Shown here piece after piece: positions 47,698 to 56,658 of a stretch of 64,000 nucleotides of DNA. The notes under the pieces are model-generated. The model was not told the origin of the DNA. It saw nothing but the letters and a program-made list of their open reading frames with translations, and ran no database searches. Position 1 is the first letter of the stretch. Each line of letters opens with the position of its first letter. Position numbers and translations under genes: made by a program. Source of the stretch: a virus. Lineage: Duplodnaviria > Caudoviricetes. The stretch lies in IMG/VR virus record IMGVR_UViG_3300021378_000015, positions 1 to 64,000 of that record, one strand, 5' to 3'.

Positions 47698-47980
47698 TGT
47701 CGTAGTCTTTTTCTTTGTGAATCTCTGAGTACCCTACTATCTCTTTGCTATTGATTTTGTATACTCTGAAGTTTAGTTTCTTGGCTGTAAGTTTTGTAAG
47801 GCCCTCTAAAAATTCTAATGCTTTCTTATCCTTATTCAAACCCTTAAGGTCTTTCGCTCTGCTCACACACTCTAGCCCTTTCCATTTATTGGTATACATT
47901 TTTTTGCCACGCTTGGTCTGCCATATAATGTCTACATTATAGTAGTGTATAGGTTGCTTCTCACTTAAGTCCCATTCCAT
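47684..47980 (-). CDS. Hypothetical protein
   Basis: In operon. Confidence 0.65.
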   Translation of the reverse strand: MEWDLSEKQPIHYYNVDIIWQTKRGKKMYTNKWKGLECVSRAKDLKGLNKDKKALEFLEGLTKLTAKKLNFRVYKINSKEIVGYSEIHKEKDYDNEFK

Positions 47981-48599
47981 ATGCTATCCTGTCGTTGTAC
48001 ATTTTTATGTCATCTTCATACAAGATTTCAAAAACCTTCTTGGCCTCATCGCCTAGACTCCAGATCTTAGAGTTGGTAGCATTAGTTTTAAACAGCGGAA
48101 TGGTTTCTCCAATGCGCTCACAAACATACTGCCAATCCTCCTCGATGTTTTCAACCACGCCTAGCCACATGTCATCTTCCATCCATTCAACCTGCTGATA
48201 CTTAAGGTAGGGCTTACTCCAGAACTTGTCAAAGAAATGAAACTGCATGAGCATATCCCTTGTTATTATTTTGTCTTCCGGGGCAGGGAAGTTGCCTGTC
48301 TCGTCAAACACCCACGCAACACTGGGGTTATTCCTGTAGTGGTAATCGCAGTTGTATACATAGTGTGATATAAATCTTCTCTCCGGATTTCTGACAAACC
48401 CAAACTTAAAGTACTCGTTCCACCTATCTTCACCGGCTATCTTTTTGATAGTAGCCATTGTCTCGTGACCAAATGGTGGACTATTATTATCCATGACCAT
48501 TGCCTCTGGGTCTAGTTTAAGCAGTGCTTCCTCCATTGAGGTGCTTGCGTTCTTCGGAATCTTTACGAAGATGAACTTAAATTTGTCTGATATAATCAT
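47961..48599 (-). CDS. Sulfotransferase family 2
   Basis: FIFVKIPKNASTS, FKFGFVRNPERRFISHY, YEDDI. Confidence 0.87.
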   Translation of the reverse strand: MIISDKFKFIFVKIPKNASTSMEEALLKLDPEAMVMDNNSPPFGHETMATIKKIAGEDRWNEYFKFGFVRNPERRFISHYVYNCDYHYRNNPSVAWVFDETGNFPAPEDKIITRDMLMQFHFFDKFWSKPYLKYQQVEWMEDDMWLGVVENIEEDWQYVCERIGETIPLFKTNATNSKIWSLGDEAKKVFEILYEDDIKMYNDRIAYGMGLK

Positions 48600-49045
48600 A
48601 CCTTGGTTACATTTACTATTTCATATTTATCTAACGTCTCAGTGTTGTTGGTGTATAATACTACTCGGTACACTAGGGACTTATTCTTCTCACGTGTGTG
48701 GGCAAGCGCCTGATCCAGGATAACTGAACCCTCTTCATACTTGCTTACATACAAGGGGTTAATAGGCTTACCATTGCTGAACACATCCATGTTCTTGTTA
48801 TGCACCCTTAGACCTGCTATCACGGTACTGTGGTGTCTATTAAATACACTGCCCATATAGGACATGGTAAGTCTTGTGTTCTCTTTTAGATAAGCCCATA
48901 TCATCTGCCTAGTTTCCACTAACTCTCTATCCCTTCTGCTCATTGTTAAACTTTCCTTGTGTGCTCGGTTAATCTTCGAGAACACAGAGGTCGCTAGGGT
49001 TATAGCGTTCTGCTCTATGCTTCTTTCTATTTGATACTCAGTCAT
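48596..49045 (-). CDS. DnaA C-terminal (domain IV)-like DNA-binding protein
   Basis: RRDRELVETRQM..GSVFNRHHSTVI. Confidence 0.75.
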   Translation of the reverse strand: MTEYQIERSIEQNAITLATSVFSKINRAHKESLTMSRRDRELVETRQMIWAYLKENTRLTMSYMGSVFNRHHSTVIAGLRVHNKNMDVFSNGKPINPLYVSKYEEGSVILDQALAHTREKNKSLVYRVVLYTNNTETLDKYEIVNVTKV

Positions 49046-49269
49046 ATTAGTTTTTCATTTCTCAAGTAACTAATAGAGGATGAGTCCAACTCAATGTTGT
49101 TGAGCATCCATGTAATGTATGACCTAGGTACATCTTTGAGCGATTGACCTTTGTAGCGACCAACCAATAACCGCCCATCACTTCTTCTGAATGGTTGCAG
49201 TTTCTTCATTGGTATCGCATTATTATTGAGAGAGGTATTGTTCATCTCTCTTAGTTGAGACTTATTCAT
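49042..49269 (-). CDS. DUF3820-like small protein
   Basis: GRYKGQSLKDVPRSYITWM. Confidence 0.65.
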   Translation of the reverse strand: MNKSQLREMNNTSLNNNAIPMKKLQPFRRSDGRLLVGRYKGQSLKDVPRSYITWMLNNIELDSSSISYLRNEKLI

Positions 49270-49496
49270 TACTTGTCAATTATAATTCGTTTGTAATACT
49301 CTGGCACTAGCCTTTTGATTTCCCTGTACAGCACAGCCTCTGCTTCCTTAAGTTCCTTCTTTGTTCTTTTATCACCCTTACCTTTAGTACCAAACGAAGT
49401 GTGCAGTGTCGCTAATTTCTCTAACTGCTCATCCACTTGCGCGCGTACAAGAGTGCACATGTTGGCGCGATACGCGCTCTTACATATCTTGTCCAT
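49269..49496 (-). CDS. Hypothetical protein
   Basis: TAATG-coupled on both sides. Confidence 0.7.
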   Translation of the reverse strand: MDKICKSAYRANMCTLVRAQVDEQLEKLATLHTSFGTKGKGDKRTKKELKEAEAVLYREIKRLVPEYYKRIIIDK

Positions 49497-50104
49497 TATT
49501 CTTTCAGATTAAATTCGAAATGATTCTTGAAGGGATCTCTGCTAGAACTGGTGCGCATGTCTATAGCATACACGTCATCAAACTCTTGATAGACTAGGTA
49601 CTCTCTGCTCTCAAGTAATTCCCTCATGGATGCCCATCCATTTGCAACGTGCTTGTGCTCTGCCTTAATCAGTTTGGGTCGCAACGCACCCTCGTATGCA
49701 ACTTGATTAAGGATAACCAAGTCATGCCCTTCGGTGTCGATTTTTAAGAAGTCGATCTGGCTTATACCAGACTCCTTTATCATGTCGTCATAGGTAATTG
49801 ATTCAACTAACCTTGACTCCACTAGGTTCTTGTTGCCCTTGAGAGTGTACTCAGAGAACGAACTCATGCCCGCAAAGTCTCTGTCTTTTTCAATGACAGA
49901 CTGCTTGAATACATCCATCTGTCTTGAGCCTCTACTCACATCAATCGCGCAGTTCATGTACGTTACACCATCGTGCTTCTCTAAGTTGTTTAGGTACTCT
50001 TGTACCGGCTCAATGATAACTCCTGTCCACCCATTCTTACCTAGGTCATTCAGTGTGTTAAAATCACAACTACCTATCTCAACAAAACATTTAGTAGCAC
50101 TCAT
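49496..50104 (-). CDS. FkbM-family methyltransferase
   Basis: FVEIGSCD, GWTGVIIEP, IDFLKIDTEGHD; start set at MSATK. Confidence 0.87.
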   Translation of the reverse strand: MSATKCFVEIGSCDFNTLNDLGKNGWTGVIIEPVQEYLNNLEKHDGVTYMNCAIDVSRGSRQMDVFKQSVIEKDRDFAGMSSFSEYTLKGNKNLVESRLVESITYDDMIKESGISQIDFLKIDTEGHDLVILNQVAYEGALRPKLIKAEHKHVANGWASMRELLESREYLVYQEFDDVYAIDMRTSSSRDPFKNHFEFNLKE

Positions 50105-50546
50105 GAAGCGTCTCTGATTTGTGATAGTACTCATCGGGTGCAAAATATATGTAAGGCAACAGCGTTTCACCTTCGGGTGTGACCGCCCCTCGTCTCTTTC
50201 TTTTATACCAATCGGGGTGTCCTTCTAACATATCCAATTGTTTAAGTTCATCCTCCGATACTAAGTATAGTTCTACATCTACGTTGAATCCAACACCAGG
50301 CTTCTCTACGAGAAAGGGTAGTCCTGATCCATGTACTACCATAGGGTATTGTCTCTCTGTCTTTGCATTCGAAACGTATACAGCATTGCTTAGTAGTATG
50401 TTGTTACCAAAGCCACGCTTCAGTGTACCGTATACAGCGATTAGAATATCACGCAGTTCTTCGTTATCACTTCCTTGTACCACCACTCTACGTCCTCCTT
50501 CTGCTTCGCGCTGAAGATTGGGTTTATTCCTTTGTTTAGTTGCCAT
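50091..50546 (-). CDS. Gamma-glutamylcyclotransferase (AIG2-like); start uncertain
   Basis: IAVYGTLKRG..N, ELY.V, LDMLEGHP.WY.R. Confidence 0.85.
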   Translation of the reverse strand: MATKQRNKPNLQREAEGGRRVVVQGSDNEELRDILIAVYGTLKRGFGNNILLSNAVYVSNAKTERQYPMVVHGSGLPFLVEKPGVGFNVDVELYLVSEDELKQLDMLEGHPDWYKRKRRGAVTPEGETLLPYIYFAPDEYYHKSETLHECY

Positions 50547-50638
50547 CTTTTTTTTCGTCTATTGTATTTAATGTTATAAGTGCGCACACTGTGTTGACCA
50601 CCAGCCGTCTTTCTTTTATCTCCAAAGTTTCCATTCAT
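50441..50638 (-). CDS. Hypothetical protein
   Basis: 65 aa, protein-like composition, overlaps the GGCT 5' extension. Confidence 0.55.
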   Translation of the reverse strand: MNGNFGDKRKTAGGQHSVRTYNIKYNRRKKRWQLNKGINPIFSAKQKEDVEWWYKEVITKNCVIF

Positions 50639-50723
50639 AATGTAAAGTATTAATGCAGGGAGGGGCCCTTGAACAGGGGAGTTTTGCTTAACATGATTGA
50701 ATCCCCTCCCTTACATTAGTAAT

Positions 50724-51005
50724 TTAGAACGGCAATCCGTCGTTGCCTTGAGCCACTGCTTTAGCGGCTTGGCTTTGAGTGTTCGCTCCCCCGTTTGCAC
50801 GTGGGTTGAACACACTCGTGAATGCAGTTCCGTCGGTCTTAATGATGAAGTCCACGTTCACATTACCTGCGCCCGTTAGATACTTCTTCATCTCATCCAA
50901 CTGATCTTCCTTGAAAGAGATGTTGTACTTGACAACACCACTATCAAACTCTTTGCGTTCGCCTACATATCCCATGTAAACTCCCTTGCTTTGTTGTTGT
51001 GACAT
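50724..51005 (-). CDS. Putative single-stranded DNA-binding protein
   Basis: C-terminal NDGLPF tail; follows exonuclease and annealing genes. Confidence 0.65.
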   Translation of the reverse strand: MSQQQSKGVYMGYVGERKEFDSGVVKYNISFKEDQLDEMKKYLTGAGNVNVDFIIKTDGTAFTSVFNPRANGGANTQSQAAKAVAQGNDGLPF

Positions 51006-51018
51006 AGCAATTGATTGA

Positions 51019-51798
51019 TTAAATTTCCCCTTGTAAAAAGAACGTAGTCGATGGCTTGTCATTCTCATAATGTTCCTTGATTATGCTCAAGGCACGAGCC
51101 ACTTTACGTCTACCAGAGTCAAGGGTTTCCTCTGATGCTTTATATACTGCTGGTAAATACGGGTATGCTTTCTCCTGCACTACCCAATAGAAATCCTTTA
51201 CTCCGAATGCGTGTGTGTATAGGAATGCTTGTATGTCGTATCCGAATACACGTACATCTCTCGGGAATCCCTTCACGCTACGAGAAGACTTACTGTCTGC
51301 TATGAATCCTTTGCCGAGGCAGTCAAGGAAACCGCGGAAGGGAACTACCTCCCCGCCAATTTCAAGTTCTTGTAAGAACTCTACTTGATAGTCGCCATCT
51401 AGGTATATGTTCAGCACCTTCGATTCATCGAGCCTTGTTATCATGTCGATGCATTGTTGGTAGTCCTCTATAGATACAACAGTCTTGTCTTTTGCTTTTG
51501 TTTTTTCTTCAGCCTTCCATTCCTTGTACACTTTCGTGACACGAGGGTTCTTGCCTCCGACTTCTTTGATAATCTCAGTGTCATCCATGACGTGAAACTG
51601 ATTGTCAAACTTGTGAGGCTCAAACAAAAGACAATCGTAAGCACTCCCAAAAGTGAGTGCCTCCGATTCCTTACGCAACTTGCCTTGCATATATAATTCA
51701 AACAGCGCAATGTCTTGCAGTGCATGCTTGATTGAAGAGTACGATAGGTACTTCTTTCCTGTCTTCTTTACTAAAGACTCAAACCATCCATGAGTCAT
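51019..51798 (-). CDS. RecE/exonuclease VIII-like PD-(D/E)xK nuclease (DUF3799)
   Basis: LSYSSIK, FGSAYD, RGFLDC, IADSKS, YDIQAFLY, EKAYPY. Confidence 0.82.
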   Translation of the reverse strand: MTHGWFESLVKKTGKKYLSYSSIKHALQDIALFELYMQGKLRKESEALTFGSAYDCLLFEPHKFDNQFHVMDDTEIIKEVGGKNPRVTKVYKEWKAEEKTKAKDKTVVSIEDYQQCIDMITRLDESKVLNIYLDGDYQVEFLQELEIGGEVVPFRGFLDCLGKGFIADSKSSRSVKGFPRDVRVFGYDIQAFLYTHAFGVKDFYWVVQEKAYPYLPAVYKASEETLDSGRRKVARALSIIKEHYENDKPSTTFFLQGEI

Positions 51799-52331
51799 AC
51801 TAACTTCTCTAACTTAGAAATCTGAGAAGCAGTCATGGTGCCTTTGTATTTGTCTTGTATCGCAGTGAAGCGTGTGTTACGATCAGGCTTGTTCTTACCT
51901 GCCTTGATGTACTCCACTGACTTCTTGAATATCTCGTTGAGACTTTCCTTACTTTTGGGTGCAGGCTCCCCTTCCTTAGCGATTGCCATGCCTACCTCAT
52001 CAGCCGTAGCGATTGATGTCTCTATCCCTATACCTAAGAACCCAAGGGCTCTACCTACAGCGGACGTTTCACAATTCTCTACGTATGAGGTTTGATTGAT
52101 TCGAGAGGAACTCTTGTCCTCTTGCGCCATACCTTGAGCCACTACGTTTCCGTCAGCGTTTGATATGGTTGCTTGTATGACACATGACTCTGGATCCAGG
52201 TGTAGCACCTGTGTTTCCAATGAGAAATTTTTGTACTCTGATAGAGTACGGAATGCAATGACACGTTGATTAACCTCAACGTACTGCTTGCCTTTGATGT
52301 TCGTTGTTTTGAACTGATAAGTGTTAGACAT
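51795..52331 (-). CDS. Single-strand annealing protein (Rad52/Sak-like)
   Basis: IKGKQYVEV..R, TSYVENCETSAVGRAL; promoter TAAATTTG 52352-52359 on -. Confidence 0.7.
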   Translation of the reverse strand: MSNTYQFKTTNIKGKQYVEVNQRVIAFRTLSEYKNFSLETQVLHLDPESCVIQATISNADGNVVAQGMAQEDKSSSRINQTSYVENCETSAVGRALGFLGIGIETSIATADEVGMAIAKEGEPAPKSKESLNEIFKKSVEYIKAGKNKPDRNTRFTAIQDKYKGTMTASQISKLEKLV

Positions 52332-52385
52332 AGTATAAAATTTAATTGATTCAAATTTACAGTATCCACATTTAACTAACAAATG

Positions 52386-52631
52386 TTACACTGTTTTTTT
52401 TTTCAACGGCTCAAGATCTGGAAGTCTCCACTCAATATCCCACCTGTTGATGAGCCGGAATATTGTGCGGGGTGTTACCCCTAGTTCCTTGGATGCCTCC
52501 TTAACATTCTGGTGCTTGCACAATGCGTACCTTACCATTATCCTCCAATGTCTCTCGATGTTCAAGTCCTCTTGGGGGTACTTCATTCCCTCTACTTCTT
52601 TGTAGAGTGTCCATTCTTTCTTTCTTGCCAT
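52386..52631 (-). CDS. Fis-type HTH protein
   Basis: NVKEASKELGVTPRTIFRLI. Confidence 0.75.
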   Translation of the reverse strand: MARKKEWTLYKEVEGMKYPQEDLNIERHWRIMVRYALCKHQNVKEASKELGVTPRTIFRLINRWDIEWRLPDLEPLKKKTV

Positions 52632-52735
52632 CTTCTGTACATGTTTGCAGCCCACGCTCTGCGTTGAGCGGGGTGTTTGTAGATAGGGCGTAGCCTTGCC
52701 ATTGCTATGCGCATAAATTGTTTCATCCTTTTCAT
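52592..52735 (-). CDS. Small basic protein (47 aa)
   Basis: MKRMKQFMRIAMARLRP..; ATGA-coupled. Confidence 0.55.
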   Translation of the reverse strand: MKRMKQFMRIAMARLRPIYKHPAQRRAWAANMYRRWQERKNGHSTKK

Positions 52736-52809
52736 TGCTGTTCTCCTTTACCGGTTAGATACATAAACAAGACAGCAAGCATAAGTGTAAGTACAATTAG
52801 TGTTTTCAT
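52732..52809 (-). CDS. Single-TM microprotein (25 aa)
   Basis: MKTLIVLTLMLAVLFMYLTGKGEQQ; ATGA overlaps at both ends. Confidence 0.5.
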   Translation of the reverse strand: MKTLIVLTLMLAVLFMYLTGKGEQQ

Positions 52810-52948
52810 TTCTCTTTGGTGTTAAAGGTTATATGTGTGTACGTATAATGTGAAGGTTTACCCTTATTTTGTATGTTTAAACGTACAATTTTACCCTTAA
52901 TTTGTGACAATTTAAGGTTCATCGTTGTGAGGATTTGCGATTCGCGAA

Positions 52949-53134
52949 TCACATTCGTATTAACCTAAGTCTACGTTGGTACTTGCGTATCAACATCGCT
53001 GAGTTTGTTAGTTGATGTTGAATGTCAGTCGACCAACCAAACCTACTCGCATGTAGGGTAAGGTTGATCTGATCCAACTCAAGCATACGCAGGTATGCCT
53101 CAGTTCTTTTTATGTGTTTGCGTTTACGGAACAT
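52949..53134 (-). CDS. Hypothetical protein
   Basis: 61-aa ORF in the early operon. Confidence 0.65.
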   Translation of the reverse strand: MFRKRKHIKRTEAYLRMLELDQINLTLHASRFGWSTDIQHQLTNSAMLIRKYQRRLRLIRM

Positions 53135-53135
53135 G

Positions 53136-53279
53136 TTAGTATCCGAATAAAGTGTTGAGCCCCTTGATAATCACGTAGAAGAACGTGAAGATTGGGCCGT
53201 AAATAAATACATAAGCAAGCAACTCCATTACTAATGAAGGCTTCTTTCTCGGTTGAAATTCTTTGGGTGTCTTAGGCAT
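53136..53279 (-). CDS. Small membrane protein (47 aa)
   Basis: MPKTPKEF..LLAYVFIYGPIFTFFYVIIKG. Confidence 0.55.
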   Translation of the reverse strand: MPKTPKEFQPRKKPSLVMELLAYVFIYGPIFTFFYVIIKGLNTLFGY

Positions 53280-53919
53280 AAGTCAATTCATTTAATTTTA
53301 ATATTTCTAAACATAAGTCATGCGGTATCTTACTCCGCTCATGGTTGTTGGCTCTCCCTTGAGTGCCTGTTTGTGACCCTCTTGGTGCAGGCTCATGACA
53401 AGGCGCACCATTCTTACACATAGGGCGTGGGTTCCAACGCAAGTCGTTAGTCCATATGTCGGTTGGCTTCATACGTGTGTCTCCATACTGGCAGTACGTT
53501 ACCGTGTGCCGTATCGGATGACGCTTCATGAAGTCCATCTTGCGTAGCATACCACGAGGGTTCTCAATGTAGTACACAAGGTTAGGATTCAACAGTGTAA
53601 AGTAGTGTATCAACTCATGAACTTTGTCCATAATCTTGTCACTCTTTACAGCGAAATCTGACGTAGGTTCTTGTCCATTGCGGTGGTGTCTTACACCTGC
53701 AATACTATACGATGTACACGGGGGTGATGCCCAGATCACATCGGGTACCCATAGATTCTTAGTGAATCCATGCACTTCTGCTACATCAAAGTCCAGGATG
53801 TCAACAACGTAGTCGATACCACCAAACTGTTTGATGTCACTTGAGAATACATTCATCCCAAGTTCTTCTGCGGCTTTGCCCACTGAACGTGAGCCAGCAA
53901 ATAATTCTAATACTTTCAT
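53272..53919 (-). CDS. C5 DNA cytosine methyltransferase (short phage type)
   Basis: LELFAG, WASPPC, IENP, YCQYG..MKPT. Confidence 0.88.
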   Translation of the reverse strand: MKVLELFAGSRSVGKAAEELGMNVFSSDIKQFGGIDYVVDILDFDVAEVHGFTKNLWVPDVIWASPPCTSYSIAGVRHHRNGQEPTSDFAVKSDKIMDKVHELIHYFTLLNPNLVYYIENPRGMLRKMDFMKRHPIRHTVTYCQYGDTRMKPTDIWTNDLRWNPRPMCKNGAPCHEPAPRGSQTGTQGRANNHERSKIPHDLCLEILKLNELTYA

Positions 53920-53937
53920 AAGGCAAGTTGTATTTAG

Positions 53938-54231
53938 TTATCTGTACTCTATCTTCCACACCTTCACGGTGCCTTCGTTAATCATATCGAACACGCTATC
54001 CCAATCATTAGCATCCATTGCCCACTCAAGGTCATCCTTGTGGTGTGGTATTCCAAAGTTGCTGAATGCATAGCCACCCGTACGGATTACGAAATCTCCA
54101 TCGTCGTTCTTACTCGCTATCCATCTGTACTTGTTGTCGCACATCACGGACACCAAGTCAATCTTGATTTGACGTATCGAATCCGGTACTCTTAGTGTAG
54201 GTGGGTAGTCCACCAATTGTCTATAAGTCAT
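53938..54231 (-). CDS. Hypothetical protein
   Basis: Early operon ORF. Confidence 0.65.
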   Translation of the reverse strand: MTYRQLVDYPPTLRVPDSIRQIKIDLVSVMCDNKYRWIASKNDDGDFVIRTGGYAFSNFGIPHHKDDLEWAMDANDWDSVFDMINEGTVKVWKIEYR

Positions 54232-54376
54232 ACTCTTGTTTATTAAATTCTACTTCTGCTTTGGCAAGCACCTCAAGTGCCTGATCTAATTGTATACGTA
54301 TGTAGGTACTGTGTAGAAGCGCGGCGGTATCCCGCGCCTCTTCCACAATACGTACCGCTTTACGGAACTCATTCAT
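54221..54376 (-). CDS. Small hypothetical protein (51 aa)
   Basis: MNEFRKAVRIVEEAR..; TAATG-coupled to the upstream gene. Confidence 0.55.
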   Translation of the reverse strand: MNEFRKAVRIVEEARDTAALLHSTYIRIQLDQALEVLAKAEVEFNKQEYDL

Positions 54377-54957
54377 TATCCACCACGTTTAGAAGTTAAA
54401 CGCTCAATGAAACTAAGTTTGTCACGACTTAGCCCGGTGTTCTTTAAGCCACTAAGACTTTGGTTCACATCATCACTCACCTCATCTGCAAGAGATTGTA
54501 GTTCACTTAGTGGTACCTCCTCTATCTCAATTTGAGATTGTAGAGTAGACTCAAGGCCTCTGAATGCAACGAACTCATCGAGTTCAGTCACCTTACGGAT
54601 AGCCATAGCCAACAGCGGGTCGGTGCTGTCATTGGATATGAACTCACGCAGTAATTGTTTCGCTTGATTTGCATCAAGTGCTTCAATCTCCACGCTATCC
54701 AGGATCGCAGGGGTGTTGGGTACTACCGCTCGCTTGAGTACTCGTGAGTCCTCTGCGATAGGTGTAATAGTTGTGAGGGTAGGTAGGTTCCTTCCTCTAC
54801 CACAAAATTCTACGAACGCTAAACGCGCATCCTCGTAGTCTTTTGCGAAGACTGTAAAGTAAGATAGCATTGTCTCACCCGCAGGTGCTACTCGGTCAAT
54901 ACTCTTACTGCCTTCACCCAAGTAAGGATTGGGTACGGTTACTGCAAATACTTTCAT
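54376..54957 (-). CDS. Hypothetical protein
   Basis: Start at MKVFAV within the 20-bp start repeat. Confidence 0.7.
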   Translation of the reverse strand: MKVFAVTVPNPYLGEGSKSIDRVAPAGETMLSYFTVFAKDYEDARLAFVEFCGRGRNLPTLTTITPIAEDSRVLKRAVVPNTPAILDSVEIEALDANQAKQLLREFISNDSTDPLLAMAIRKVTELDEFVAFRGLESTLQSQIEIEEVPLSELQSLADEVSDDVNQSLSGLKNTGLSRDKLSFIERLTSKRGG

Positions 54958-54975
54958 AAGCATAGTTGTGCGGTG

Positions 54976-55182
54976 TTATCCTCTTGCACTCTTGAGTTTG
55001 GTTGTTACTAAATCATCTATGTCGCTCATCGCTAATTCGATTTCATGGGGTTGCGACCCACCATCTTCTATCTCCATCATACATAGGTCAAAGAAGTCAT
55101 GCACCTCATCCGTAAGATCTGGGTGCTTGGCCACGATGTCCTTGCAGTATGTAATAAAGTTATCTATCATCCTGTCATCCAT
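54976..55182 (-). CDS. Hypothetical acidic protein
   Basis: Early operon ORF. Confidence 0.7.
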   Translation of the reverse strand: MDDRMIDNFITYCKDIVAKHPDLTDEVHDFFDLCMMEIEDGGSQPHEIELAMSDIDDLVTTKLKSARG

Positions 55183-55183
55183 T

Positions 55184-55423
55184 TTAAACTGTGTAAATAG
55201 TTTCCGTTACGCCTGTCTTGTAGTCATAAAACATGGCGGCACCTCCATCATTCCCTTCATCATCGCACTGCAATATCAATTGCGTGTCGTCTTGGAATAT
55301 CAATACGAGTGGGTTCTTGTACCACATTAAATCGTTCATCTCTGAATCTTCCAATCTTCTTACCGCTTTTACGGTCTTGTTCTCCAGCATTTCGCCGAAT
55401 TTTTTTATGTGTTTCTTATCCAT
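55184..55423 (-). CDS. Conserved hypothetical phage protein
   Basis: DDEGNDGGA motif. Confidence 0.7.
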   Translation of the reverse strand: MDKKHIKKFGEMLENKTVKAVRRLEDSEMNDLMWYKNPLVLIFQDDTQLILQCDDEGNDGGAAMFYDYKTGVTETIYTV

Positions 55424-55493
55424 ATCTCATGTGTATAAGGTTACTAATCCGTTAATCATTTCCAAATGTGTCTCGCAAATTGAGACTAAATAC

Positions 55494-55724
55494 TTACTCA
55501 ACTCTATCGTTTATAATTTTATCAATACTATCTCGTAACTCTTTAGAGAGCAGTTCGGTAGGCAAGTACACAAGGTTACCCTCGTGGTCATACATACTCA
55601 CCTCCAGATCTTCCACCTCATGTTCGGTGTAAGGTGGCGTGTCGTATGTACCTTCATCTCGGTACACAGCAACAGTGGCCACCACGTTCAACGTGTTGTC
55701 TTTGTATTCTAATTCAAATTCCAT
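55494..55724 (-). CDS. Hypothetical acidic protein
   Basis: GTYDTPP motif; TAATG-coupled. Confidence 0.7.
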   Translation of the reverse strand: MEFELEYKDNTLNVVATVAVYRDEGTYDTPPYTEHEVEDLEVSMYDHEGNLVYLPTELLSKELRDSIDKIINDRVE

Positions 55725-56605
55725 TACGCTATATCTTTAAGGTCATCACCCTCGTAGCCACACTCAAGGCTTGTCCATAATTCCATGACCTCATCGACTG
55801 CATCGAGTTGGTATGCACTACAATTCATACACTCTGCGTTGAAGTTTATCTTCGTGTTTTGTGTGCCACATCCTACGCAGTCATACGTTCCTTGCAGTGG
55901 TGCTTCAGTGTCGTATGCTATGTCATCTAACTCATCGGTAGTAGTTACACCAAAGGATGCGTTCCAAGAATCCACATCGGCCTTGTCATCATCCCAATCG
56001 TAGGTGTACTGGCTCGATCCTGTGACGGCTGTGCTTCCGTAGTATCGTACGGCACGTGAATGGCTGTCGTTACTGAACCAATTGTCACCAATCCATGAGC
56101 CTGCACCCTCATTGAATATGCGGTACAACCCCTCGTTGTCCATGAACACCACCTTACTTGAGCCACCCAAGTATGTGAAGATTGCATCCTCGATAAAGGG
56201 GTTGTCGAGCATCTCAATATCTACGTTGGGTATGGTGCCCACAAGTTCTGCGAACTCGGCAGTGTCACTCTTGTCCTTAGTTCCGAACCCCGAAATAACA
56301 CCGTTGTGTATGAGTCCAAGTGTAGGTGTCACAGCGAATGGGTGTAGGTACTCGTCACTCATACCGTGTGTAGCGATACGGAAGTGCAAGAGCATGGGCT
56401 TGTCACCCACATCGGAAGTCTTGAGTTCGCGGTAACGCTCAAGGAATTTGTCAAACGAGTTGCCCCCCTTGTTAGGGAACTTCTCGATACACAACAAGCC
56501 ATCCATGATGTAGAGCATACCGGCCCCATCATCGTTGTTGTTCCAACAGTTCTTTAGTTTTTTCTTAGGTAACATCTTACCATCATTCATAATTGCAATA
56601 CACAT
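55724..56605 (-). CDS. Class II (Ntn) glutamine amidotransferase
   Basis: Start MCIAI (Cys nucleophile), NDDGAG, HFRIATHG, HPF, HNGVI, SDT. Confidence 0.88.
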   Translation of the reverse strand: MCIAIMNDGKMLPKKKLKNCWNNNDDGAGMLYIMDGLLCIEKFPNKGGNSFDKFLERYRELKTSDVGDKPMLLHFRIATHGMSDEYLHPFAVTPTLGLIHNGVISGFGTKDKSDTAEFAELVGTIPNVDIEMLDNPFIEDAIFTYLGGSSKVVFMDNEGLYRIFNEGAGSWIGDNWFSNDSHSRAVRYYGSTAVTGSSQYTYDWDDDKADVDSWNASFGVTTTDELDDIAYDTEAPLQGTYDCVGCGTQNTKINFNAECMNCSAYQLDAVDEVMELWTSLECGYEGDDLKDIA

Positions 56606-56658
56606 AAGCATAGTTGTGCGGTTATATCCCATCGCACTCTTCGGTTTCGGTTATATAA

